64,000 nucleotides of DNA. It comes from Oscillospiraceae bacterium. GTDB taxonomy: Bacteria > Bacillota > Clostridia > Oscillospirales > Oscillospiraceae. Shown here in pieces: positions 14,091 to 23,233 of the stretch. A program made the position numbers and the translations under genes. Under the pieces are notes generated by a model. It saw only the letters and a list, made by a program, of their open reading frames with translations. It was not told the DNA's origin and made no database searches. The stretch lies in the NCBI GenBank assembly GCA_050943775.1, contig JBMNPV010000002.1, positions 1,132 to 65,131 on the forward strand. The letters are read 5' to 3'. The stretch's first letter is position 1. Each line of letters opens with the position of its first letter.

Positions 14091-16025
14091 ATGCGTCGAC
14101 AAGAATGCTTTGAAAACTGGGCTGCGTTGCATGACGGACGCGGTGTCTTTCCTTCCGAGGCGCTGGAGAGTTCCTGGAAGCGAAGTGAAGCAAAGGCCAT
14201 CGACTATGCCCGCGCGCTTCCGCGGGATCTGACCGAGAGTGAGATCGAGCGCTCAAAAAAGGTCTATAAGCGTTTGCTGATATGCTCCGACTGGGCCGTT
14301 AACCACCTTGTCGCCAACAGTACGGAGGATGAGCTTCGCGTTTTGCTCTTCAGCCGGGATGGAGTACTGCTGCGTATCTATGGCATCATCACAGAAACGG
14401 ACTGGCTTGCAAGCGCCGGTATTCGCGCCGGTACAAAATGGAGCGAAGACTTTATCGGCACCAACCCGTTTTCGCTCGGTACACAGCAAAAGCGTGCTCT
14501 GGACATGACCGGAGATCTATGCTACGCCCGCGCACTTGTAGACGGTTCCTATTTTTTTGCGCCGATCTGTGTCAACGAAAACGAGGTTTTCGGCAGCGTT
14601 GTGGTCGCCGTCCCGATTGAAAAAAGCAACCCCTACCTTTTCTCCGTTGCGACCACCATCGCGCGCACCATTGAGCTGGATGTTTTCCTCTTTCAGTGCA
14701 TCGATCAGTTCACAAGCAGCGACGAAGAGTCCGGCTCCATCTTCCTGCGGCCGAACAAGGGCCGCAACGAGGTCGTCCTCATCAACGATCAAGTCTTTAA
14801 AATTCTCGGCATCAAAAAGCCGGACACTTATCATCTGACGCTTGAGGAGATCATTCTTCCCCCGCCGGACAATCGCGATTTCTGGAATATCATCGACGGG
14901 AAAAAGACAGTCAATGAGAAGGCCATCGCCATTTCCGCGCCGAGCGGACGGGTCTATGTCAACATGTCCACAGCCATCTATAAGCAAAACAAATTCCACC
15001 CGGACGGCGTGACCATCAACTTCACCGCAAACAATAAGATCGGCCGCTTTTCTCCCAAAACGACGGACAATAACGCTCGCTACACCTTTAATGACATCAT
15101 TGGAGAAAACCCGCTGATGCTTGAAACGATCAAGCGCAGCCGCATCGCCGCGCAGTCGGATTCAAACATCCTCATTCAAGGCGAGAGCGGCGTCGGAAAA
15201 GATGTTTTCGCGCAGGCCATCCACAACGGCAGCAAGCGCAGTCACAAGCCCTTCGTCGCCATCAACTGCGCGGCCTTTTCAAAGGAACTCATTGCGAGCG
15301 AGCTCTTCGGCTATGAGAGCGGCGCTTTCACCGGCGCAAAGCGCGAGGGCTCCATCGGCAAATTTGAGCTCGCAAACCACGGCACCCTGTTTCTGGACGA
15401 AATCGGTGACATGCCGCTTGAGGTCCAGTCCATTCTCCTGCGCGTGCTGGAAGAAAAAGCTTTCCGCAAAGTCGGCGGAAACAACCTCATCGAGGTCGAT
15501 GTCCGCATCATTGCGGCGACCAACAAAAATCTCAAAGAGCTTATCGAGCAAAAGCAGTTCCGTGAGGACCTCTTCTACCGTCTGTCCATCATCCGCATCA
15601 ACGTTCCCCCTCTGCGTGCAAGAGGCGAGGATGTGTATCTCTTCGCGGATTATTTTATCCAAAATCTCTGCTCCCGCATGGGCAAGGCGGACATCCGTCT
15701 TTCAAAGGGTGCGATGGACTTCCTCGGCAAATATTCCTGGCCCGGCAACATCCGCGAGCTGCAAAACCTGCTGGAGGGCATCATCTCGACGCATGAGGAA
15801 ACGCTCATCGGCGAGCATGAGATCCAAAGCTATCTCGGCGATTACTTCACCGAAACGATGCCGGAGCCTGTGGCTGTGGTCAGCGATATTTACGGGCTCG
15901 ATGAGCGCGAGCGCTTTGAGGTCGCGCTGAAAAAGTGCCGGGGCAACAAAACCAAGGCCGCTGAATATCTCGGCCTCTCCCGCAGCACATTTTACAGGCG
16001 GCTGCAGGAATTCGGCATGAAATGA
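14091..16025 (+). CDS. sigma-54-dependent transcriptional activator (enhancer-binding protein), AcoR-like sensor N-terminus
   Basis: 644 aa. N-terminal ~330 aa sensory region (LESSWKRS motif). AAA+ core with GESGVGKD, ESGAFTGA (sigma-54 contact loop) and LFLDEIG. C-terminal Fis-type HTH (AAEYLGLSRSTFYRRL). Confidence 0.9.
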   Translation: MRRQECFENWAALHDGRGVFPSEALESSWKRSEAKAIDYARALPRDLTESEIERSKKVYKRLLICSDWAVNHLVANSTEDELRVLLFSRDGVLLRIYGIITETDWLASAGIRAGTKWSEDFIGTNPFSLGTQQKRALDMTGDLCYARALVDGSYFFAPICVNENEVFGSVVVAVPIEKSNPYLFSVATTIARTIELDVFLFQCIDQFTSSDEESGSIFLRPNKGRNEVVLINDQVFKILGIKKPDTYHLTLEEIILPPPDNRDFWNIIDGKKTVNEKAIAISAPSGRVYVNMSTAIYKQNKFHPDGVTINFTANNKIGRFSPKTTDNNARYTFNDIIGENPLMLETIKRSRIAAQSDSNILIQGESGVGKDVFAQAIHNGSKRSHKPFVAINCAAFSKELIASELFGYESGAFTGAKREGSIGKFELANHGTLFLDEIGDMPLEVQSILLRVLEEKAFRKVGGNNLIEVDVRIIAATNKNLKELIEQKQFREDLFYRLSIIRINVPPLRARGEDVYLFADYFIQNLCSRMGKADIRLSKGAMDFLGKYSWPGNIRELQNLLEGIISTHEETLIGEHEIQSYLGDYFTETMPEPVAVVSDIYGLDERERFEVALKKCRGNKTKAAEYLGLSRSTFYRRLQEFGMK

Positions 16026-16086
16026 CCGTCTGCCGGATCTGAAAAATCGTATCTTATTCCGTTTGAATAAAGAAAGGAAATGCATT

Positions 16087-16755
16087 ATGGACAAAGTCAG
16101 AGTCATTGAGATCAAGGAAAGTGTGTTTGAAAACAACGACCGCGAGGCAGAAAAGCTTCGCCAGGAGCTGAAAAAGGAAAAGACCTGCCTCATGAACCTG
16201 ATGTCTTCCCCCGGCAGCGGCAAGACAACGACCCTCCTGCGCACCATAGACATGCTCAAGGATCGCTACAAGATCGGCGTCATGGAAGCCGACATCGACT
16301 CCGCCGTTGACGCGGAAAAAATCGCTGAGCGCGGCACGAAGGCCATTCAGCTCCACACCGGCGGCATGTGCCATCTCGACGCCGGCATGACCCGCGAAGG
16401 CATCAAAGAGTTTGGTGTGTCCGATCTCGACTTCTGTGTGCTTGAAAATGTCGGAAACCTCGTCTGCCCGGCGGAATTTGATACCGGCGCATCCTTCTCC
16501 GCGATGATCCTCAGCGTCCCCGAAGGCGACGACAAGCCCCTCAAATATCCGCTCATGTTCACAAAGGTCGATGTCGTCCTCATCAACAAGATCGATGTCG
16601 CTCCTTACTTCGACTTCGACGTTGCCGCCTGCCGTGAGCGCATCTTGAAGCTCAATCCGAACTGTGCGATCTTTGAGATTTCCTCCAAGACCGGCGAAGG
16701 TTACGACGAATGGATCAAGTGGCTCACCGCCAAGATTGACGACTGGAACAAATAA
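16087..16755 (+). CDS. hypB: HypB-family G3E metallochaperone GTPase
   Basis: Contains P-loop SSPGSGKTT, metal-binding GGMCHLD and ENVGNLVCP, and NKID. Start placed at MDKVRVIEIK (ATG 16087) with AGAAAGGAAA upstream. The ORF-track TTG at 16063 is unlikely. Confidence 0.85.
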   Translation: MDKVRVIEIKESVFENNDREAEKLRQELKKEKTCLMNLMSSPGSGKTTTLLRTIDMLKDRYKIGVMEADIDSAVDAEKIAERGTKAIQLHTGGMCHLDAGMTREGIKEFGVSDLDFCVLENVGNLVCPAEFDTGASFSAMILSVPEGDDKPLKYPLMFTKVDVVLINKIDVAPYFDFDVAACRERILKLNPNCAIFEISSKTGEGYDEWIKWLTAKIDDWNK

Positions 16756-16771
16756 GCCATACCCGATCACG

Positions 16772-16800
16772 ACCGGACGGGCGCTGCCCGTCCGGTTTTT
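16772..16800 (+). terminator. intrinsic terminator-like hairpin after hypB, 18 nt before the enoate reductase ATG
   Basis: 11-bp stem accggacgggc / gcccgtccggt followed by TTTTT. AAAGGGAGGAG RBS and ATG 16819 follow immediately. Confidence 0.75.
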
Positions 16801-16818
16801 CACAAAGGGAGGAGCAAC

Positions 16819-18882
16819 ATGCAGTACACAAGACTTTTTCAACCGCTCACCATCCGCGGTATGACGCTTAAAAACCGTATCATCATGCCGGCCATGCACC
16901 TGATGTACACCATGGACGGCTTTGCAAACGAGCGCTTTAATGCGTTCTATTACCGTCGGGCTGAGGGCGGTGCGGCGCTGATTTTTGTCGGCGGCTGCCG
17001 CTTTGATGAATATGGCGGCTCGCCCGGCATGATGAGCCTTGAAACGGATGAATTTGTCCCCGGATACCGTGAATTTACGGACGGGATGCACAAGCGCGGC
17101 GCGCTCGTCGGCGTGCAGCTCTACCACGCAGGGGCTTATGCGCACTCAATCGGAAACGAGGGCCGTCAAGCGATCGCGCCGTCTGACATTCACAGCCGCT
17201 TCACGAAGGAAGACGCCCGCGAGGCAAGCGCTGCGGAGCTGCACACGGTCATTAAAAAATGCGCCGCTGCCGCAAGGCGCGCAAAGGACGCGGGCTTTGA
17301 CGTTATCGAACTCTCCGCCTCGGCGGGCTACCTCATCTGCCAGTTCCTTTCGGAAAAGACGAACCGGCGAACGGACGAATACGGCGGAAGCTGGGAAAAC
17401 CGGACGCGCTTTCCGCGCGAGCTTCTCCGTGCAGTGCGCGCCGCCGTCGGTCCGAATTACCCGATCTGCGTACGCATCGCGGGAAACGATTTTGTCCCCG
17501 GCTCCTGTACGAATCAGGACGCGGTCGCCTTTGCAAAGCTCCTCGAGGAAAACGGCGCGGACATGATAAACGTCACCGGCGGTTGGCACGAGACCGTCAT
17601 TCCCCAGCTCACAGGCGATGTGCCCCGCGCAGGCTACGCCTACCTCGCCGCCGCTGTACGGGACGCCGTTTCCATCCCCGTCGCCGTCAGCAATCGCATC
17701 AATGACCCGGCGGACGCGGAAAAACTTCTCGCGCTCGGCGAGGCGGACCTTGTCAGTCTCGGGCGGGCGCTGTTGGCCGACCCGGACTTTCCGAAGAAAG
17801 CGCAGGCCGAAGCGGAGGACAGCATTCGACCCTGTGTTGCCTGCACGCAGGGCTGCCTTGCCAAAACCTTCTTCGCTCAGCCTGCCGGCTGCATCGTCAA
17901 CGGCTACGCGGGCCGTGAATTTGAACATCTGATGCACCGCACGCGCGAACCGCAAAACATACTTGTTCTCGGCGCGGGCGTTGCGGGCTGCGAATTTGCG
18001 ATTCAGGCCTCCCTTCGCGGCAACAAGGTGACCATCTGGGAAAAAACGCATACGCTCGGCGGGCAGCTTCGGCTCGCCGCCGCACCGCACGCGAAGCATG
18101 AATTTTTCACGCTCATCGACTTCTACCGCAATATGCTCGCACGCCTGAGCATTCCGGTCGTCTACGGGCGGGACTCCTCCCCGACTGAGATTCTGCAGTC
18201 TTGCTACGACGCAGTCGTCGTTGCGACCGGCTCCACGCCAAAGCAGCTCTCGCTGCCGGCCGGCTGCACGATTCCCGTCGTTTCCGCAGCGGACATTCTC
18301 AGCGGCAAAAGCATCGCGGGTAAAGATGTCGTCGTGATCGGCGGCGGCAGCGTGGGCTGTGAAACCGCGGATTATCTGGCCTACGATGCAGCGCTTTCCC
18401 CGGAACAGGCCGCTTTCCTGCTCACGCAGAGAGCCGAAGCACCGGAAACCGTTCTCTCACTTCTGGACAAGCCCAGACGCCGCGTTTCCATTGTAGACAC
18501 CGCGAAAATCGGCACTGGCTTTGAGCCGGGAACGGCATGGCCGCTCTTGAAGGAGCTTGACCGGCTCGGCGTCGGCCAGTATCCGGAGGCGGAGATCACC
18601 GGCTTTACGGAAAATAGTATCAGCCTTACATACATCGTTCCCAAAACGCGCGAGGAAAAGCAGCGTGAACGGGAAACCGGCATCGTCGGAGCGGCGAAGC
18701 GCGAGCACGTTACGCTCCCCTGCGACACGATCGTTGCCGCGATCGGCTCAACGCCCTGCGATGCGCTCTACAACGCGCTGCAGGGAGACTGTCCCGCGCT
18801 CTACCGTATCGGTGACGCAAACGGCGTCGGTCGCATTGCCGACGCTGTGGAGCAGGCAATTACGCTTGCGGAGTCGCTCTGA
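16819..18882 (+). CDS. 2-enoate reductase / 2,4-dienoyl-CoA reductase family (OYE-like FMN domain plus FAD/NAD(P)-binding domain)
   Basis: 687 aa. N-terminal OYE TIM-barrel features (LKNRIIMPAMH, QLYHAGAY). Cys cluster CVACTQGC. C-terminal dinucleotide fold LVLGAGVAGCE. Confidence 0.9.
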   Translation: MQYTRLFQPLTIRGMTLKNRIIMPAMHLMYTMDGFANERFNAFYYRRAEGGAALIFVGGCRFDEYGGSPGMMSLETDEFVPGYREFTDGMHKRGALVGVQLYHAGAYAHSIGNEGRQAIAPSDIHSRFTKEDAREASAAELHTVIKKCAAAARRAKDAGFDVIELSASAGYLICQFLSEKTNRRTDEYGGSWENRTRFPRELLRAVRAAVGPNYPICVRIAGNDFVPGSCTNQDAVAFAKLLEENGADMINVTGGWHETVIPQLTGDVPRAGYAYLAAAVRDAVSIPVAVSNRINDPADAEKLLALGEADLVSLGRALLADPDFPKKAQAEAEDSIRPCVACTQGCLAKTFFAQPAGCIVNGYAGREFEHLMHRTREPQNILVLGAGVAGCEFAIQASLRGNKVTIWEKTHTLGGQLRLAAAPHAKHEFFTLIDFYRNMLARLSIPVVYGRDSSPTEILQSCYDAVVVATGSTPKQLSLPAGCTIPVVSAADILSGKSIAGKDVVVIGGGSVGCETADYLAYDAALSPEQAAFLLTQRAEAPETVLSLLDKPRRRVSIVDTAKIGTGFEPGTAWPLLKELDRLGVGQYPEAEITGFTENSISLTYIVPKTREEKQRERETGIVGAAKREHVTLPCDTIVAAIGSTPCDALYNALQGDCPALYRIGDANGVGRIADAVEQAITLAESL

Positions 18883-18895
18883 AAATACGCAAAAA

Positions 18896-18936
18896 GCGCC
18901 CCCTGCGGTACAAATCGCAAGGGGCGCTCGGTTTTT
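18896..18936. terminator. bidirectional intrinsic terminator between the convergent enoate reductase and GGDEF genes
   Basis: Stem gcgcccc...ggggcgc with an inner helix. T-run on the + side, and a U-run on the minus side after the hairpin. Confidence 0.75.
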
Positions 18937-20521
18937 ATTTGTCGGCATACAAAAGCTCGCAGTCCGCAGAAGCCGTCCGCGAGTCGCGGCCGGAGTAGCC
19001 TTTCAGACAGAGGTCGTCGTGGTACAGCACATAGGTGCTCTTTCCGTTTTTCTTGGCAAAGTACAAAGCCTTGTCGGCGTTGTCCAACAGCAGCTCATAA
19101 TCCAGTCCGTATTCATCGCTGAGAACGGCGCCGATGCTTGCCGAGACATTTAGAATATGCTGGTCATTTATGTATTCGCCGCGAAGCTCCTCTGTCATCT
19201 GTTCCAGAATCGGCAATAAGCGTTCCCGGTCCATATCCTTTATCAGAACGCAGAACTCATCGCCTCCGAAACGGCCGAGAATATCGTCAGCGGTGAACAG
19301 CTCCTGCAATTTCTCGGAGATGTCCTTCAGAATCTTATCGCCGGCTGCATGACCGAAGTTGTCATTGATCTCCTTGAAATTGTCGATGTCCGCAAAAAGT
19401 ACCGCAGCGTGCGGCTCCTTCGACTTCGTCAGATATTCGCAGCAGCGGGAGCGGAACGTTGCCTTGTTGTAGATCCCGGTAAGAGCGTCGATCTCGGCCT
19501 TTCGGATCAGCGACTCCTTTTCCTTCATCTCCCGGTCAATGTCCGTGAGCTTGCCGATCAGTCGGTAGCTCTCTCCACCCTGCTTAAAGACGTGGTAGAT
19601 CGCCCGACACCAACGCGGTGTAAATTTATCGTTGTAAATGCGGATGCAGCACTCGCCGTCAATTTTACCGCTGTTGATGTCCTGAAGCATTTCGCTGAAA
19701 ATGGGCTTGTCGTCCTCATAAAAATGCATCAGCTCCGGCAGATCATCGCCCCAGTAACGCTTTGGCGGGTCCCATCCGAATTTTTCCTTGAATTTTTTCG
19801 ATATGTTGAAATCCTGCGTAATGAAGTCAACATCAAACAAGATCTCATCCGATTTGTCAAACAGAACGCGGTAGCGCTCCCGTTCAAACTCAAGCTGCTG
19901 GATGATCTCATGCTCCCGGGTATTGTCCATCATAACGCAGTAGAGGATATCGTCAACGAAAGAGCAGTTGAGAAGGACCGGAAGCAGATGTCCGTCTTTC
20001 TGCACCAGCCGAAGGTGAAAGGAAAAGCTGCTTTCGCCGTTTTCATGCGTCGCGGCCTTGTGGAACATGTCGCTGAGCTCCGGCAGGTCCTCGGGACAGA
20101 CAAAGCGGTTGTGGTAATACTGGTCCGGAAGGGCATTGAATTCTTCGCGCGTGTACTGGAGCATTTTGAGCAGGCCGTCGTTGATGTAGATAATGGGAGC
20201 TTCATCTCCGATTTTCTGCACAAGAACGCCGCCATCAATATTGTTTGTGATGTTGCGGAGCATGTGCTCTTGTGCTGCAACCGACTGACTCTGACGATGC
20301 CGGAACGTTACAGCCAAAACAGCGATGACCGCGATCAGGGCTGTTATGCAGATATAGGTAACGATCTGTTTTCCATCAGAGCTCTTCGCCGCAGCCGCGG
20401 CCGGGTCGATCAGTTCGGTATTCTGCATATTGCAAGCATATGGCTGTGCCGCAAGCACAGTGCCCGAAGCACCTGCGATCAGCGCGCAGAAGAACAATAT
20501 GCTTTTAAGCAGTTTTTTCAT
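18935..20521 (-). CDS. membrane-anchored PAS-domain diguanylate cyclase (GGDEF)
   Basis: N-terminal signal/TM segment, PAS-like regions, and a C-terminal GGDEF domain with an intact RFGGDEF motif. The start is ambiguous (ATG 20521 MKKLLKS or ATG 20533). The ORF-track start 20584 is probably too long. Confidence 0.85.
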   Translation of the reverse strand: MKKLLKSILFFCALIAGASGTVLAAQPYACNMQNTELIDPAAAAAKSSDGKQIVTYICITALIAVIAVLAVTFRHRQSQSVAAQEHMLRNITNNIDGGVLVQKIGDEAPIIYINDGLLKMLQYTREEFNALPDQYYHNRFVCPEDLPELSDMFHKAATHENGESSFSFHLRLVQKDGHLLPVLLNCSFVDDILYCVMMDNTREHEIIQQLEFERERYRVLFDKSDEILFDVDFITQDFNISKKFKEKFGWDPPKRYWGDDLPELMHFYEDDKPIFSEMLQDINSGKIDGECCIRIYNDKFTPRWCRAIYHVFKQGGESYRLIGKLTDIDREMKEKESLIRKAEIDALTGIYNKATFRSRCCEYLTKSKEPHAAVLFADIDNFKEINDNFGHAAGDKILKDISEKLQELFTADDILGRFGGDEFCVLIKDMDRERLLPILEQMTEELRGEYINDQHILNVSASIGAVLSDEYGLDYELLLDNADKALYFAKKNGKSTYVLYHDDLCLKGYSGRDSRTASADCELLYADK

Positions 20522-20766
20522 CTGATAGCTCATCCTTGTACGGAATGAATAAGCGGCAGGCAATACACTTGCGTACCACTCCATCCGTTTTTTCTCATTG
20601 TTAAGTCAGTTTAACACGAATACTACACAATAGCAATACAATGGCGGTTCCGTTTTCTAATATTATCTTTAAATTCTGCCGGAGTCTGCCCGCAGGGCAT
20701 AGCGTCGATCTGGTAATTGCACTCGGTCTGTGATAAACTGAAGAAAAAGGATGCGGAGGTATTCCT

Positions 20767-21222
20767 ATGAACATACTCGTCAGCGCATGTCTGCTCGGCG
20801 TTCCCTGCCGCTATGACGCTAATTCAAAGCTTCACACCCGCACAGCGGAGCTTTTAAAAGCACACACGCTCGTTCCGGTCTGCCCGGAGGTCTACGCCGG
20901 TCTGCCGACGCCGCGCCCGCCGGCAGAGATTCAGAACGGACGCGTCGTGACTGCGGACGGGACCGACGTCACAGATCCGTACGAGCGCGGAGCACGGGAG
21001 GCGCTGCGGCTTGCAAAGCTCTTTGCCTGCACGCTCGCCATCTTGAAAGAACGCAGCCCTTCCTGCGGGCACGGCAGCGTACACGACGGAAGCTTTACGG
21101 GCGCACTCACGCCGGGCGACGGCGTCACGGCGGCACTTCTCCGTCAAAACGGCATTGAAGTCATCGGAGAGAGCGAGGTCGAGGCCTATTTTTCGCAGAA
21201 CCGCTCAGGCGCCGCCCTTTGA
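20767..21222 (+). CDS. DUF523-family protein (thiouracil desulfidase-like)
   Basis: 151 aa, MNILVSACLLGVPCRYD... with the conserved Cys pattern of DUF523. Confidence 0.75.
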   Translation: MNILVSACLLGVPCRYDANSKLHTRTAELLKAHTLVPVCPEVYAGLPTPRPPAEIQNGRVVTADGTDVTDPYERGAREALRLAKLFACTLAILKERSPSCGHGSVHDGSFTGALTPGDGVTAALLRQNGIEVIGESEVEAYFSQNRSGAAL

Positions 21223-21624
21223 ATTCGCTTGTGCGCCTGAAAAGCCGCTGGCTTGCATGACCGCGACGAGTTTTCCGTCCGCCTCGGTGATGTTTACTTC
21301 AAAAAAGCTGATGTTTCTGCCGACTTTCTGCTTTTTTGCCTCGGCATAGAGCAGCGGTCCGCGTGTCGCGCGCATGAAATTGATCGTGCAGGAGAGCGTC
21401 ACGGTAGGCTTGCCGCCAATGTTCGCAGCTGTACCGAAAGCGTAGTCTGCCAGCGTGAAGAGCGCACCGCCCATCACATCTCCATTGTTATTGAGGTGGC
21501 GCTGGTCAACCGCAAGGCTGCACAGGCAGTAGCCCGGCTCCACCTTTTCAATCTTCACGCCCGTGGTTTTAATTGCATATTCGTCCGCGGAGAAAGTCTC
21601 GCGGGCAGTTTCTGTCCAATCCAT
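21205..21624 (-). CDS. PaaI-family hotdog-fold thioesterase
   Basis: Contains GGALFTLADYAFGTAA, typical of the PaaI/4HBT class. Start placed at MDWTETARE (ATG 21624) with AAAAGGGAA upstream. The ORF-track TTG 21654 has no RBS. The 3' end overlaps the DUF523 gene by 18 nt (convergent). Confidence 0.8.
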   Translation of the reverse strand: MDWTETARETFSADEYAIKTTGVKIEKVEPGYCLCSLAVDQRHLNNNGDVMGGALFTLADYAFGTAANIGGKPTVTLSCTINFMRATRGPLLYAEAKKQKVGRNISFFEVNITEADGKLVAVMQASGFSGAQANSKGGA

Positions 21625-21656
21625 TACAGTTCCCTTTTCTATTTGATATGGCAAGA

Positions 21657-21695
21657 GAGTCGCCTTCCCCGCGGGAAGACGACTCCTGTTTTTTT
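21657..21695 (+). terminator. intrinsic terminator oriented for the + strand (13-bp stem plus T7), overlapping the livF stop codon
   Basis: gagtcgccttccc / gggaagacgactc (one mismatch), then ctg TTTTTTT on the + strand. On the minus strand the hairpin is preceded, not followed, by the U-run. Confidence 0.6.
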
Positions 21696-22392
21696 ACTTG
21701 CCGAGGTATGCTTTTTTGACGTCCTCGTTCTTCAGAAGATCGTCTCCGGGTCCGGTAAGCGTGATATTGCCCGTTTCGAGCACATAACCGACGTCCGCCG
21801 TGTGCAGAGCCATATTGGCGTTCTGCTCAATGAGCAGAATCGTAACGCCCTGCTTGTTGATTTCCCGAATGATGGAGAAAATATCCTTGACGACGATTGG
21901 AGCAAGTCCGAGCGAAGGCTCATCCATCATCATCAGTTTCGGGCGGGACATCAACGCGCGTCCGACCGCCAGCATCTGCTGCTCGCCGCCGGAGAGCGTC
22001 CCCGCCGCCTGCCAGGAGCGCTCCTTGAGGCGCGGGAAAAGGTCAAATACCCAATTGATATCGTCCGTCAGATCGTCGTTTCGGAGATACGCGCCGACCT
22101 TCAGATTTTCCAGAACGGTAAGGTCCGAGAAAACGCGGCGGCCTTCCGGCACCAGCGTGATGCCGCGGGAAACGATCTTGTCAGGCTTGAGGCCGGTGAT
22201 ATCCTCGCCCATAAAGCTGATCTTACCGCTTCGCGGCTGAACAAGTCCCGCAATCGTACGCAGCGTTGTCGATTTTCCGGCACCGTTTGCCCCGATCAGA
22301 GTCACAATGCTGCCCTCGTCAACGTTAAAGCTGATGCCCTTGACAGCCTCTATGCCGCCATAATTGACTTTCAGATCTTCGATTTTAAGCAT
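21694..22392 (-). CDS. livF: branched-chain amino acid ABC transporter ATP-binding protein
   Basis: Start placed at MLKIEDLKVNYGG (ATG 22392), overlapping the livG stop by 8 nt. Walker A GANGAGKST, LSGGEQQML. Confidence 0.9.
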   Translation of the reverse strand: MLKIEDLKVNYGGIEAVKGISFNVDEGSIVTLIGANGAGKSTTLRTIAGLVQPRSGKISFMGEDITGLKPDKIVSRGITLVPEGRRVFSDLTVLENLKVGAYLRNDDLTDDINWVFDLFPRLKERSWQAAGTLSGGEQQMLAVGRALMSRPKLMMMDEPSLGLAPIVVKDIFSIIREINKQGVTILLIEQNANMALHTADVGYVLETGNITLTGPGDDLLKNEDVKKAYLGK

Positions 22393-23233
22393 CCTCGGCC
22401 ACCCCCAGATATGCGTCGATGACGCTCTTGTTGTTTTGGATCTCGTCCGGCGTGCCGGTTGCGATAAGCTTGCCAAAATCCAGAACATAGATGCGGTCCG
22501 AGATCTGCATGACCAAATTCATGTGGTGCTCAATGACAAGGACCGTTACGTCGTATTCTTCGCGGATCTGTTTGATGAAAGCCGCCAGTTCCATCGTCTC
22601 CTGCGGGTTCATACCGGCAGCCGGTTCGTCGAGCAACAGTAGCTTCGGGTCCGTCGCCAACGCTCGGGCGATCTCAAGCCGGCGCTGCAGTCCATAAGGC
22701 AGGTTAGTCGCCTTTTCATCCTTGATATCCAGCATATTCTGCTGGCGCAGAAGCTCTATGGTTTCTGCATGCATCCGCGCCTCTTCCTTATAGTTGACGC
22801 GGAAGGTAGCGGAAAGCATGTTCTGCTTTGCGCGCATGTGCTTTGCGATGAGGACATTTTCATAGACAGTCTGGCTTCCAAACAGGCGAATATTCTGAAA
22901 AGTGCGCGCAATGCCGCGCTGCGTGATCTTGTCCGGGGTCGGGCTGACGATTTTTTTGTACTTGCCGGCGTTTTCTCCGGCATATGTTTTCGCCATTTTC
23001 CCGCGCGGATAATTTTCCACAAGGGTCTCGCCGCAGAACTCGATCTTTCCGTTGGTCGGCTCGTAGACGCCCGTCACGCAGTTGAAAGCCGTTGTCTTTC
23101 CTGCGCCGTTCGGACCGATGAGCGCAACGATCTCACCCTTGTTTACTTCCATCGAAAGATTGTTGACCGCGACAACGCCGCCGAACTGCATCGTTACGTC
23201 CGACAGACGCAGCACATTTTCCTTCTCAGCCAT
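22385..23233 (-). CDS. livG: branched-chain amino acid ABC transporter ATP-binding protein
   Basis: 282 aa, GPNGAGKTT, with the LivG-type insertion and C-terminal region. Confidence 0.9.
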   Translation of the reverse strand: MAEKENVLRLSDVTMQFGGVVAVNNLSMEVNKGEIVALIGPNGAGKTTAFNCVTGVYEPTNGKIEFCGETLVENYPRGKMAKTYAGENAGKYKKIVSPTPDKITQRGIARTFQNIRLFGSQTVYENVLIAKHMRAKQNMLSATFRVNYKEEARMHAETIELLRQQNMLDIKDEKATNLPYGLQRRLEIARALATDPKLLLLDEPAAGMNPQETMELAAFIKQIREEYDVTVLVIEHHMNLVMQISDRIYVLDFGKLIATGTPDEIQNNKSVIDAYLGVAEDA

